64,000 nucleotides of DNA from IMG/VR virus record IMGVR_UViG_2879039326_000005, one strand, 5' to 3'. The notes below the pieces were generated by a model. It made no database searches and was not told the DNA's origin. It saw nothing but the letters and a program-made list of their open reading frames with translations. Position numbers and translations under genes: made by a program. This DNA is from an uncultured virus (IMG/VR IMGVR_UViG_2879039326_000005). Taxonomy: Duplodnaviria; Heunggongvirae; Uroviricota; Caudoviricetes. Shown here in pieces: positions 26,891 to 35,829 of the stretch (position 1 is its first letter; the number at the start of each line of letters is the position of its first letter).

Positions 26891-28569
26891 TGCGCCCTTT
26901 TAAATTTGGAGAGAACATGAGTAGTAGTGATATTACGCTAATAATAATACTGGCAATTATTGTATTGCCGTCTGTTGGGTGGTTTATTTCATCAAGAAAA
27001 AAAAAGAAAATTGCCATTGAGCGAGACTTAGCTAGGAAGGAAGCTGAAACAGCGAAAGGGGATGTGACTCGACACCGAAATTTAATTGCAGCATTAGAGG
27101 AGCGGTTACAGCCAATTATTGACATGGAGGTTCATGTTCAGAAACTTCATGATGATGCCAAAAAACAAGTTAAGCAGATGACGATTGAGGCCGATATTTT
27201 ACTCGCTAAATCGAGAGAAATATTAGAATCAGCACAAGAAAATGCTAGGGCCCAAGCCCAGCCATTTATTGATGAGGCTAAAGCGTTACGCATAAAGGCT
27301 AGAGAAACGGTTGATGCGGCTAATGCAAAGGCTCAATTAATAGAGCAACAGTGTAGGTTAGAAGCTGAAAAAATGATCTCGTTTGCAAATAAACGAGCTG
27401 AGGAGATTGCGGGTAATGCAATCGAAGCAAGGGACAAGGCTGAACAATATGAGTCAGCTATTCGAGCTATGCGAAATACTATTGATGGTTATAAAGACGA
27501 ATATATTATCCCCAATCATTCTGTACTAGATGATCTTGCTGATGAATTCAGCTATAAAGAAGCTGGTGAAAAATTAAAAGCAGCTCGTAAACGTGTTAGT
27601 AATTTAGTGAGAAATGGTCTTGCTGGCGAGTGTGACTATGCCGAACCTCATCGTCGAACAAATGCAATCCATTTTGCTGTAGATGCCTTTAATGGCAAGG
27701 TTGATACGGCTTTAGCAAAAGTAAAATTTGATAATTATGGAAAGATAAAACAAGAAGTTGTGGATGCTTTCGCCTTAGTGAATCATAACGGTGCGCCTTT
27801 CCGAAATGCCCGCATTACTCATGAATATCTTGATGCCCGTCTTGATGAGTTGAGGTGGGCTGTTGCTGCTTATGAACTTCAACGCCAAGAGCGTGAAGAG
27901 CAAAAGGCTATCCGTGATCAGATGCGTGAAGAAGAACGGGCCCAGCGAGAAATAGAAAAGGCAATTCAAGACGCAGAAAAAGAAGAGCGGATGTTACAAA
28001 AAGCCTTAGAAAAGGCTCGTAAAGAACTTGCCTCGGCTAACGATGAGCAACGACAGCAATTTGAGGCCCAGTTGGCTGAGTTAGAAGAGAAGTTGAAAGA
28101 AGCAGAGTCTCGAGGTGAAAGGGCTCTATCTATGGCCCAACAGACACGAAGAGGCCATGTTTATGTGATCAGTAATATTGGAAGTTTTGGTGAGCAGGTA
28201 TTTAAGGTTGGTATGACTCGTCGTTTGGAGCCATTAGATAGAGTGAAGGAGCTTGGCGATGCCTCTGTACCATTCGAGTTTGATGTACATGCAATAATTT
28301 ATAGTGAAGATGCTCCTACACTGGAAAAAGAACTCCATCGAGAATTTGAGCTAAAAGCGGTCAATCGTGTAAATCCTCGCAAAGAATTTTTCCGCTTGCC
28401 TTTGATAGAAATCCGTCAATCGGTTGAATCTCGTGGCTTGTCGGAAGTCCATTGGACTATGAAAGCAGAAGCAGCGGAATATCATGAATCACTCAGTATT
28501 TATAATAAAGAGCGCACTTTTGACTCGAAAGAATTTATTGACAATAAGGAAGTATCCTTTGCCATGTAA
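26890..28569 (+). CDS. Membrane-anchored DUF4041 + T5orf172/MUG113 (GIY-YIG-like) nuclease, PD-lambda-1/SNIPE-like (start may be 26917)
   Basis: N-terminal TM, long coiled coil, AFNGKVD...YLDARLDEL, GHVYVISNIGSFG...KVGMTRR...ELGDASVPFEFDVH. Confidence 0.88.
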   Translation: MRPFKFGENMSSSDITLIIILAIIVLPSVGWFISSRKKKKIAIERDLARKEAETAKGDVTRHRNLIAALEERLQPIIDMEVHVQKLHDDAKKQVKQMTIEADILLAKSREILESAQENARAQAQPFIDEAKALRIKARETVDAANAKAQLIEQQCRLEAEKMISFANKRAEEIAGNAIEARDKAEQYESAIRAMRNTIDGYKDEYIIPNHSVLDDLADEFSYKEAGEKLKAARKRVSNLVRNGLAGECDYAEPHRRTNAIHFAVDAFNGKVDTALAKVKFDNYGKIKQEVVDAFALVNHNGAPFRNARITHEYLDARLDELRWAVAAYELQRQEREEQKAIRDQMREEERAQREIEKAIQDAEKEERMLQKALEKARKELASANDEQRQQFEAQLAELEEKLKEAESRGERALSMAQQTRRGHVYVISNIGSFGEQVFKVGMTRRLEPLDRVKELGDASVPFEFDVHAIIYSEDAPTLEKELHREFELKAVNRVNPRKEFFRLPLIEIRQSVESRGLSEVHWTMKAEAAEYHESLSIYNKERTFDSKEFIDNKEVSFAM

Positions 28570-28602
28570 AGTTAAATACTTTATTTGTCAGAGTTAAACA
28601 TC

Positions 28603-28637
28603 ATTGGGCACTGGTAACAACGCAGTGTCCAATTTTT
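28603..28637 (+). terminator. Intrinsic terminator after the cI-DUF4041 operon
   Basis: ATTGGGCACTG...CAGTGTCCAAT followed by TTTT. Confidence 0.7.
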
Positions 28638-28746
28638 ATATGGCTTCCGTACCGAATTACAACCAAAAGTAGTCTTACCAAGTCGGATAAACCACCCAGT
28701 GAATTTGTTTGAATACAAACTAAACAATCCCTATCACCACTAATAA

Positions 28747-28762
28747 CTGTATATAATGACAG
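28747..28762. promoter_or_regulatory. LexA (SOS) box upstream of the integrase
   Basis: CTGTATATAATGACAG = CTGT-N8-ACAG containing a TATAAT. Confidence 0.8.
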
Positions 28763-28779
28763 TGTTTTGTGGAGGGACT

Positions 28780-29835
28780 ATGGCAGTAAGAAAACAATCA
28801 TCCGGCAAGTGGCTGGCCGAGATCTATCCGGAAGGGCGGCCCAGCAAGGCCAATCCCAACGCGCCGCGTGTGCGCAAGCAGTTTGCCACCAAGGGGGAGG
28901 CGCTGGCGTTCGAGCGCTTTGTACTGGATCCAGACAAGGGTAAGCCCTGGCTGGAAGGGCAGGGGGAGCCGACCGATGGTCGACACCTCTCCGATCTGGT
29001 CGAACTCTGGTTTGGTCGCCATGGTCAGAGCCTGCGCGATGGCGAGGCTCGCAAATCCAAGCTGCTGACTGTTTGCAATTCCTTGGGGGATCCGCTGGCG
29101 GTCAATTTCTCCGCTCGCGACTTTGCCGCCTATCGTGAAGCCCGGCTGTCTGGCGATATCAGCGACCGGCGCGCCATTAATCAAAAGAAGCAGGGTGTCA
29201 CCCCTAACACGGTCAACCGCGAGCACGCTTACCTGCGTGCGGTGTTCAACGAGCTCAAGCGACTAGGGGAGTGGCAGGGGGAAAACCCGCTCGATGGTCT
29301 GCGGGCCTACAAGGTGGCCGAGTCCGAGCTCGCCTTTCTCTATCTCGATGAACTCAAGAGCCTGCTGGCCGCCTGCGTTGAGAGCCCCAATACCGATCTG
29401 CTGATGGTGGTGAAACTTTGCCTTGCCACTGGTGCTCGCTGGTCTGAAGTAGAAGAGCTGACCCAGTCCCAAGTATCCCCCAACCGAGTGACCTTCACCC
29501 GCACCAAGAGTAAGAAGAGCCGCAGTGTGCCCATCAGCCCCGAACTCTATGTCCAGTTGCCCAGAAAGCGTGGCCGCCTGTTCAGTGACTGCTATCGAGC
29601 CTTCGAGATGGTGGTCGAACGGGCAGGGCTGGAGCTGCCACCCGGACAGAACACCCACGTACTGCGCCACACCTTCGCCAGCCACTTTATGATGAACGGC
29701 GGCAACATCCTGGTGCTGCAGAAAATCCTCGGCCATTCCACTATTGCCATGACCATGCGCTATGCCCACTTTGCCCCCGATCACCTTGAAGATGCCGTTC
29801 GTTTGAATCCTCTTGCTGTTTGTGGATTACACTGA
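28780..29835 (+). CDS. int: Tyrosine integrase (HP1/186-like)
   Basis: TGARWSE, HVLRHTFASHF, LGHS, RYAH catalytic motifs. Confidence 0.96.
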   Translation: MAVRKQSSGKWLAEIYPEGRPSKANPNAPRVRKQFATKGEALAFERFVLDPDKGKPWLEGQGEPTDGRHLSDLVELWFGRHGQSLRDGEARKSKLLTVCNSLGDPLAVNFSARDFAAYREARLSGDISDRRAINQKKQGVTPNTVNREHAYLRAVFNELKRLGEWQGENPLDGLRAYKVAESELAFLYLDELKSLLAACVESPNTDLLMVVKLCLATGARWSEVEELTQSQVSPNRVTFTRTKSKKSRSVPISPELYVQLPRKRGRLFSDCYRAFEMVVERAGLELPPGQNTHVLRHTFASHFMMNGGNILVLQKILGHSTIAMTMRYAHFAPDHLEDAVRLNPLAVCGLH

Positions 29836-29863
29836 GCTGGTGCTGTGGGCATAGGGCACGGTC

Positions 29864-30226
29864 ATGAAAGAAATAATGTCAGATATCGCGCTGTGCGAGG
29901 CTCTCTCAGGGCTTTTTGTCGATGATGATATCGATTATCGGAGCATCGTCAGAGTGGCGCGTACTTTTCCGACCACTCATGTGGAGAAGGTCCTATTTGA
30001 GTGGGTGGCACCAGTCTGTTACATCAATATGTTGGCCCCGGATTCAGCGGTTTGGTCTGGTTTTGAACGTGATGCGCTTTGGGCTGAGATCCAGTGCTTA
30101 TTGGCGGTCGAAGCGGGGGCTCGCCTTCCTAGAAGGCTGTTAATCAGAATCAGGTCGTTTTATCTGAGAAGGCTGTTTGCCGATGAATGGCGCAAGCTGT
30201 CGGCTCTGCTGGCAGAGAAGGGATAA
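29864..30226 (+). CDS. Hypothetical protein (DUF7079-like) between int and att
   Basis: ALSGLFVDD...EWVAPVCYxN...VWSGF. Confidence 0.65.
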   Translation: MKEIMSDIALCEALSGLFVDDDIDYRSIVRVARTFPTTHVEKVLFEWVAPVCYINMLAPDSAVWSGFERDALWAEIQCLLAVEAGARLPRRLLIRIRSFYLRRLFADEWRKLSALLAEKG

Positions 30227-30227
30227 A

Positions 30228-30303
30228 AGTGGCGACAGAGTGGCGACAAAATTTCAAATGGGTGGTCATTTTTGGCCGTCATTGGTTGTATAACTCATTG
30301 ATT
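30228..30303. other. Prophage 1 att arm: integrase arm-type repeats and IHF site
   Basis: AGTGGCGACA direct repeat at 30228 and 30239; TAACTCATTGATT (reverse WATCAANNNNTTR) at 30291-30303. Confidence 0.7.
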
Positions 30304-30340
30304 TTTATGTAAGTCCTTGTTTTATATTAGGGTCAAATCA

Positions 30341-30397
30341 GATTTAAAATCCCTCGCTTTTCGAGGCGTGCCGGTTCGATTCCGGCCTCGGGCACCA
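30341..30397 (+). tRNA. Truncated tRNA-Leu(TAA) 3' half = att core (not a complete tRNA)
   Basis: GATTTAAAATCC anticodon arm, long variable arm, GGTTCGATTCC T-loop, CACCA end; no D arm or 5' acceptor strand upstream. Confidence 0.88.
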
Positions 30398-30401
30398 TTA
30401 A

Positions 30402-30474
30402 AATCAAAGAGTTACAAAGGCCACTAGCGATAGTGGCCTTTTTCTTTTTCCTCAGTGTCCACATTTGATCCACA
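30402..30474. other. Prophage 2 att arm: IHF site, terminator, arm-type sites
   Basis: AATCAAAGAGTTA; AAAGGCCACTA...TAGTGGCCTTTTT; TGTCCACA (reverse of P2 arm site TGTGGACA) and a TCCACA repeat. Confidence 0.7.
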
Positions 30475-30479
30475 CAGGT

Positions 30480-31640
30480 TTATTCCGGTAGCTCTTCCAG
30501 CTTCACTTCGAGTTGCAGGCGGTTGGTGTAGCCCTGATCGGTGAGGTCGTGCACCACCTGGGTGAGTAGCCAGTCGGCCTCGTCGATTTGTGGTTTGAAG
30601 CCCCTGACCGTGGTGGGTTGTTCCGGGTAGAGTTCGGGGCGGCCTCTGGCCAAGGTGATCTGAAACTCGGCCACGCCACGCTGCAGCTTTTCCCACTCTG
30701 CCCTGGCGGCCCGCATAGCGTTGCTCTGGCTGGCGTAAACATGGCGCAGCTCTTTGACGTTCTCACTGTCGCCAACCAGCAGCTCGTTTTCCTTCTTGTT
30801 GACCACCACCCCCGGCGGTAATGGCCGTTCCTCTTTCGGTTTGGTCTTTCGCTTGCGCTTCACCTCGATTTTCTTCTTCTCGGCGGTCTTGTTGTCTTGC
30901 CAGTAGGCGGTGACGCCGGTGTAGGCATCGCGGTCGGCCACCGAGAACTGGTGCTGATCGCCGTCCTGGCGGGTGATGGTGATGGCGGGCAGTGGCTTGC
31001 CGCTGGCGGTGGTGCCGTTGCCCGCTTTGATGAACATCAGACGGCCAGATTTGACGGTGGCGATGGCATCCTGCTCGGTTGCCAAGCGGGTGAGAAAGGC
31101 CAGATCGCTCTCGTTGGTCTGGTCGATGTGGTCGATCATCATCCCCTTGAAGGCTTCGCCGACGCTCGGTGTCAGGCCATAGCGGGCGGCCAGCTGGTCC
31201 ACGATGGCGCCGATAGTCTCAAAGTGCCAGCTGCGCTCGCGCAGTTTGTTCATGCCGCCGCGCAGATCGGCCGACTTGCCCCGGATGGTGAGCACATCCG
31301 GGGCGCCGCCGTGTTCGACCTCGTCAATTTTGAAGGTGCCTTTATCGACCAGTGAGCCGCCTTGCCAGCCGATGCTGGCTTGCAGGGTGGCCCCACGGCG
31401 CGGCATGGCCAGTTTGCCGTCGCTGTCATCGAGGGCGATCTCGATGGTGTCTGCCGAAAAGCCCCGGTTATCGGTGATGGTCATGTGCATCAGGCGCGGG
31501 CGCAGGGTGCCCGAGATGTCAGAACCATCGACCCGCACCTGATAGGTGGGGGCCGGATGTAGCTGGATCAGGGCATCCAGCTGGCTGGTGATGCCAAGGT
31601 TTTCAGCCAAGCGGGTACCGAACTGGTCGAATGCCCCCAT
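30480..31640 (-). CDS. Late control / tail protein gpD
   Basis: ITDNRGFSAD, HIDQTNESDLAFLTRLA. Confidence 0.93.
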   Translation of the reverse strand: MGAFDQFGTRLAENLGITSQLDALIQLHPAPTYQVRVDGSDISGTLRPRLMHMTITDNRGFSADTIEIALDDSDGKLAMPRRGATLQASIGWQGGSLVDKGTFKIDEVEHGGAPDVLTIRGKSADLRGGMNKLRERSWHFETIGAIVDQLAARYGLTPSVGEAFKGMMIDHIDQTNESDLAFLTRLATEQDAIATVKSGRLMFIKAGNGTTASGKPLPAITITRQDGDQHQFSVADRDAYTGVTAYWQDNKTAEKKKIEVKRKRKTKPKEERPLPPGVVVNKKENELLVGDSENVKELRHVYASQSNAMRAARAEWEKLQRGVAEFQITLARGRPELYPEQPTTVRGFKPQIDEADWLLTQVVHDLTDQGYTNRLQLEVKLEELPE

Positions 31641-32131
31641 TAGAGCAGCCCCCCGAGTTTGCCGCCCACGGTGTTCAGCAGCTTGCCCAGCCCCAAGCGA
31701 CCGAGCAGGTTGCCCGCAGTGCGGCCGAGCAGGGTATTACCGAGGGAGCTGTCGTTGTCATCGACCCGCTTGAGCTTGATGCTGAACTCGATTTTTCTGG
31801 CGCTGCCATCTTGGAAAAACTCGCTACGGGTGGTGCTAATCCCCTCTATCACGAACGAGCCGCGCATCACGCCATCGCCCTGGATCAGGGGGAAGGCTTG
31901 GCCGCTGTCGCCCATGCTATTGAGCATATCGAGGGAGACTGGGCCGCCGGTGAGCTCTGGATAGAGCACCCCGCTCAGGGTGCTGAGTTCGTCATCTGGC
32001 CCGAGGTATTGATATGAGGGGCGGGCGCCGACCCGGTTATTGCCCGGGTGGCGCCATGATTTTTCGTCTTGTTGGGATTGGGGGGCAACGGTCGAGCGCA
32101 TAAACACGAACCAGCCCAGGGTCATCATCAT
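31640..32131 (-). CDS. Tail protein gpU
   Basis: MMTLGWFVF...LSGVLYPELTGG. Confidence 0.92.
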   Translation of the reverse strand: MMMTLGWFVFMRSTVAPQSQQDEKSWRHPGNNRVGARPSYQYLGPDDELSTLSGVLYPELTGGPVSLDMLNSMGDSGQAFPLIQGDGVMRGSFVIEGISTTRSEFFQDGSARKIEFSIKLKRVDDNDSSLGNTLLGRTAGNLLGRLGLGKLLNTVGGKLGGLL

Positions 32132-32133
32132 GG

Positions 32134-32712
32134 TCAACTCCTTCTTGGCAGCGCGAAACGGGCGGTGATGCCGATGTGGTCAGCCAGATCGCGGGCGATG
32201 GTGTGGTTACGGTGGATGGCGCGCATGTCGTCGCGCAGGCGGTTCATCTCTTCCATCAGCAGGAAGAGGCGATCTTCGAGCTGGCGCTCGAGCAGCACGT
32301 TGTCACGGTCTGCCTTGCGCAACATGCTGGTGTAGTTGTCGATGGTGGCGAGGGGGCTGGCGTAGTCAGGTTGGGCACGGGCGGCGAGTTGGGCGGCCAT
32401 CCAGTTGAAGGCGTTGATGTACGCCTCTTTGATGGCTGCGGCCTGTTTGCCAGTGAAGCCCATCACAACAAAGATGAAACCATCCTTGGTCATCTCGCAG
32501 GCTGGTCTCTTTTCGCCTTTTCCGTCTACATATTCAACCGCCGCAAAATTGCGGGCGTTGAATTCAGATGAACAATCTAGGTTGCGAACCTTTTTCAATA
32601 CGTCATCGTGACGCTTGCCAAAGATTTCGGCCACCTTGAGGGAGGTGGTCATGGGCTGGCCATGGTTCAGGCTGATGATGTCGGCAGGGGTAAAGGTGGT
32701 AATCGTGTTCAT
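32134..32712 (-). CDS. rha: Rha-family phage regulatory protein
   Basis: TTSLKVAEIFGKRHDDVL, MTKDGFIFVVMGFTGKQA...YINAFN. Confidence 0.92.
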   Translation of the reverse strand: MNTITTFTPADIISLNHGQPMTTSLKVAEIFGKRHDDVLKKVRNLDCSSEFNARNFAAVEYVDGKGEKRPACEMTKDGFIFVVMGFTGKQAAAIKEAYINAFNWMAAQLAARAQPDYASPLATIDNYTSMLRKADRDNVLLERQLEDRLFLLMEEMNRLRDDMRAIHRNHTIARDLADHIGITARFALPRRS

Positions 32713-32796
32713 GGCTCGATTCCTTTTGTGCAAGTGAATCGCCACCAAGAGGGACCAAACTCTACGAACCGCCTCAATTTTGAGGGGGTATCTATC

Positions 32797-32880
32797 TGGT
32801 GGCGAACTGAGCAAGGTTGGTCCTACCGGGCACAAAAGGAAACCGGCCAGCCGTGAGGCTGCCTCACCCAGCCCGCCATA
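32797..32880 (-). ncRNA. C4 antisense RNA (P1 c4 / P4 CI-like)
   Basis: Minus strand ATGGCGGGCTGGGTGAGG...CCGGTTTCC...CCGGTAGGACCAACCTTGCTCAGTTCGCCA cloverleaf; complementary targets on both sides. Confidence 0.8.
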
Positions 32881-32908
32881 ACTGATATTGCGGGTACTAC
32901 TGGGCCAC

Positions 32909-32975
32909 ACAAAAAAACACGCGGGCGCGTGTTGTGCGCTTTCATGCTTGCGGGGGACCAACCCCGGCAACGGAT
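32909..32975 (-). promoter_or_regulatory. c4 a1b1-type target and terminator
   Basis: GGTTGGTCC (32955-32963) complementary to the C4 loop, then AACACGCG-CC-CGCGTGTT hairpin with T run. Confidence 0.7.
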
Positions 32976-32992
32976 TTTGCCGCTGCTTGCGC

Positions 32993-33021
32993 AGTATCGC
33001 GCAACCTCGCGCAATGAGCAA
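32993..33021 (-). promoter_or_regulatory. Sigma70-like promoter of the c4-rha unit
   Basis: TTGCTC-N17-GATACT. Confidence 0.55.
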
Positions 33022-33148
33022 CATCCTAACAACTGTGGCAAGCGCCATTGATGGCACATTCACCAACTCGACCAGCCACGCACCGGCACAGGATAAGGCG
33101 GGCCAGCGCGGCCCGCTATGTCTGTTTTGGGTCGAAGTTAACACTTGA

Positions 33149-35650
33149 TCAGCTGTTATCACGGAGTGATGCCCTCCCTTTTGCCCTTTCCTCGCGCTGC
33201 ATCTTCTGCATTTCATCGCGCACCGTTTTCGCCACATCCTGCGCGCCCTGCCCTGGCTGCTGGTACACGTAGATGGGGCTGTTGATGGAGTTGTCGATGG
33301 TTTGCCTGTTGGCAGGCATTGCCCGTGCTGGTTCGATAATGCGTGGGCCGTAGCCGCTGGCTCCTGCTAGCGCTAATCCGCCACCTCTGTTACCTGAAAG
33401 GTAACTTGGCCCAATACCGCCCTCTTGTGCGATGGTGACACTGCCACCAGTGAACCAATCCGGCAGGTACTGGGTGAAGGTTTTAATCTTCTCCATCAGG
33501 GTTTTCCATTTAGCCGTGATGCCGTCGATCAGCCCCTGTACGATTGCCTGTCCCTTATTGGCTGCGCCATCTGGCAAGGTGTTGAAGAATGCCCATACCT
33601 TGTCCCATGAGGTCATGAAGAGGCCAAGGGGCGTCCAGCTGGCCAGCTCTTTGACGAGCTCCCACCATGCCAACACGGGGGCTTTGCATTGTTCCCAAAG
33701 CTCAGTGAACCACTTGGAGATGCCATCCCAGTTTTTGTAGATGAGGTAGGCACCCCCGGCAATCGCTGCGATACCCATGATGAACCAGCCGATCGGGGTG
33801 GTAAGCATGGCAATACCGAGTCTTAAAATCCCCATGGTGAGCCACTTTATCGGTGCCAGCAGGAGAGATATTGCCTTACTTAAAAAGGTGCCTTTTATTC
33901 CGAGTATGCCGAAGGTCAACCTCATGATGGCGATAGGTCCTAGAATGGCCGCTACGGCCAGTGATAATGCCCCCAAGGCAATGGTTATTACCGATACAAC
34001 GGCCGCTACTTTGACCAAGGTATTGGCTAGGGCAGGGTTTGCCTCTACCCAGTTACGCACGGTTTTCACCGTCTCCTTGATGTAGCCAATGATGTCCATT
34101 AGTGAGCCACGGAGAAGTTCACCTAAGTTTGATTTGACGTTTGCGATCCCAGCTTGCAGCAGCAACCACTGGGAACTCAGTGAGTCTTTATCTATGTCAG
34201 ATTCTCGCTGCATAGAGCCTCTGGCTTTTTCGTCATTGACCAATGCCAGCTGGCGGCGCAGTTCTGGCAGGTTGTTGGCCAGCTTTGAAGCATCATCGCC
34301 AAACTCCTTGCCAAATAGTTGGGTGGTTACCCTTAATTGGTCCTCGGCCTTCATGGTTTTGATCTTGTCAAGCACCTTGAGAATGGTACCCATGGCATCG
34401 GTGGTCATGGCTTTTTCAATATCCGCCGACTTCATGCCGATGGCCTTCATACCCGCTTGGAATGTCTTGCTTTGCATGGTGGCGATGGATAGTTCGCGCA
34501 CCATGGCGTTTGATGCTGATGCGGCTACTTCCCTTGGGGTGCCAAGGCTGAGAAATGTTGAGCCTAGCGCTGCCGCTTTCTTGTAATCGAGCTTGTCAGC
34601 TACACCACCCAGACGTTGCAGCACGTCAATGATGTCTCCCCCCTTGGATTGTGCGTTGTCATCCAGATAGTTGAGGGCATCACCCAACCCCTCTATCTCG
34701 TTTATCGGGATCTTGTAGAGGTTGGCAATTTTGCCAAGGTCTTCTGCCAGCTGTTCTGCCGGGGCTTCAAACGCTTTCGATGCCATTGCGTTGGTTTTGG
34801 CGAACCTGATGAGGTTTTCTTCCCCTTGTACGCCCATGCGGGCGCCACCGGTAACGAGCCCAGCAAAGTCGATGGCGCCGTTTTGCATGGGCAGATCTTC
34901 CGCCATGTCTTTCATCTGCTTCGACATGCGGAAGTAAACCGGGGTTAGCTTTCCGGCACTATCACGAGCACCATCAACTTGCTTAGCCACCCCTTTCATG
35001 GCGTCTTCGAAGTCTGCATAACCCTTGATTGCTCCCAGCACTGGTAGCCCCATAGCAGTACCACTTGCAATGGCACCAGCCCCGTGCCCTGCCAGCTGGC
35101 CACGCAGCTCTTGGGTCTTGCGGTAGTTGGCTTTGACCTGATTCATGCGCTTTTGCTGGTCGGCCAGTTGGCCCATCTTGGTGCGCTGTTGTTCCAGTTG
35201 GGTGTTGGTGGCTGCAAGGTCGGTTTTGAGGCGGCGCTGGGTTTCACTGAGGTTGCCGGTGTTGATACCGGTCTGGCGCATGGCATCACCCATCTGAGCG
35301 TGACGGGTGATCATCTCCCCCTGCTTGGTCTTGAGCTGGTTGAGTGCTTTCTCTGCCTTGTTGAGCTCGTTGATCATCAGCCGGGTTGGCTTGGGGGTGT
35401 CGGCAATCTTGCGTTGCAGATCGCTGAACGAGCCCTCGGCCTGCTTTAGCTGCGCCTTGGTGGCGCCAATCTGGGCGCCCAGCTTCTTGTAACCTTCGAT
35501 TTGACCTGATTGGGTTTCGAGGTCACGGATTTTCTTTTTGGTTTCGACCAGGTCTTTGGCGGTGAGGCGGCTTTGGCCGCTGACTGCTTTAAGGGGGCCG
35601 GTCAGTTTATCGACCGCCCCGAGCAGGATTTGAAGTTTGAGAGGGTTCAT
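33149..35650 (-). CDS. Tail tape measure protein gpT
   Basis: 833 aa; LGAVDKLTGP N-terminus, TP901-like core. Confidence 0.92.
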   Translation of the reverse strand: MNPLKLQILLGAVDKLTGPLKAVSGQSRLTAKDLVETKKKIRDLETQSGQIEGYKKLGAQIGATKAQLKQAEGSFSDLQRKIADTPKPTRLMINELNKAEKALNQLKTKQGEMITRHAQMGDAMRQTGINTGNLSETQRRLKTDLAATNTQLEQQRTKMGQLADQQKRMNQVKANYRKTQELRGQLAGHGAGAIASGTAMGLPVLGAIKGYADFEDAMKGVAKQVDGARDSAGKLTPVYFRMSKQMKDMAEDLPMQNGAIDFAGLVTGGARMGVQGEENLIRFAKTNAMASKAFEAPAEQLAEDLGKIANLYKIPINEIEGLGDALNYLDDNAQSKGGDIIDVLQRLGGVADKLDYKKAAALGSTFLSLGTPREVAASASNAMVRELSIATMQSKTFQAGMKAIGMKSADIEKAMTTDAMGTILKVLDKIKTMKAEDQLRVTTQLFGKEFGDDASKLANNLPELRRQLALVNDEKARGSMQRESDIDKDSLSSQWLLLQAGIANVKSNLGELLRGSLMDIIGYIKETVKTVRNWVEANPALANTLVKVAAVVSVITIALGALSLAVAAILGPIAIMRLTFGILGIKGTFLSKAISLLLAPIKWLTMGILRLGIAMLTTPIGWFIMGIAAIAGGAYLIYKNWDGISKWFTELWEQCKAPVLAWWELVKELASWTPLGLFMTSWDKVWAFFNTLPDGAANKGQAIVQGLIDGITAKWKTLMEKIKTFTQYLPDWFTGGSVTIAQEGGIGPSYLSGNRGGGLALAGASGYGPRIIEPARAMPANRQTIDNSINSPIYVYQQPGQGAQDVAKTVRDEMQKMQREERAKGRASLRDNS

Positions 35651-35829
35651 TGTTCTGGTGCCCCGTTGATGCGGTTGTGAGTCTCAACGAGGCGTTGGTG
35701 CCAGCCCATCAGCTCGCTGATATCCATGGCCGCCATCTCGGATGGCGGCCAGTGGGCGATGATGGCGATCTCGGCCATCAGGTCATCTATGCAGTGAGGT
35801 AAGCCTCCTGCTGCGAGCCCATCAAAAAA
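35647..35829 (-). CDS. gpE' extension (-1 frameshift product E+E')
   Basis: T TTT TTG slippery site at 35823-35829; -1 frame DDLMAEIAIIAHWPPSEM...W. Confidence 0.85.
   Translation of the reverse strand, partial: FFDGLAAGGLPHCIDDLMAEIAIIAHWPPSEMAAMDISELMGWHQRLVETHNRINGAPEQ

Larger units (their letters stand above)
1..30397. mobile_element. Prophage 1, HP1/K139/phiO18P-like P2-family temperate phage (left part beyond window)
   Basis: Ordered tail, lysis, head, terminase/portal, gpA, CII/Cox/Cro/CI and integrase genes ending at a tRNA-Leu fragment. Confidence 0.95.

Noticed and set aside
26997..27005. A9 run in the DUF4041 gene as a phase-variation switch
   Set aside because: It encodes the poly-Lys positive-inside stretch after the TM helix in an AT-rich gene; no evidence of variation.
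28780..29835. Integrase as an integron IntI acting on the attC-like sites
   Set aside because: It looks like an HP1/186 phage integrase next to its att site and shows no IntI-specific insertion.
30341..30397. Functional tRNA-Leu gene
   Set aside because: The 5' acceptor strand and D arm are missing; it is the duplicated att core.
32713..33237. N-terminal extension of the 367-aa Rha ORF
   Set aside because: It overlaps gene T and the c4 RNA/promoter; an RBS-supported start lies at 32712. A short ash/icd-like reading frame cannot be excluded.
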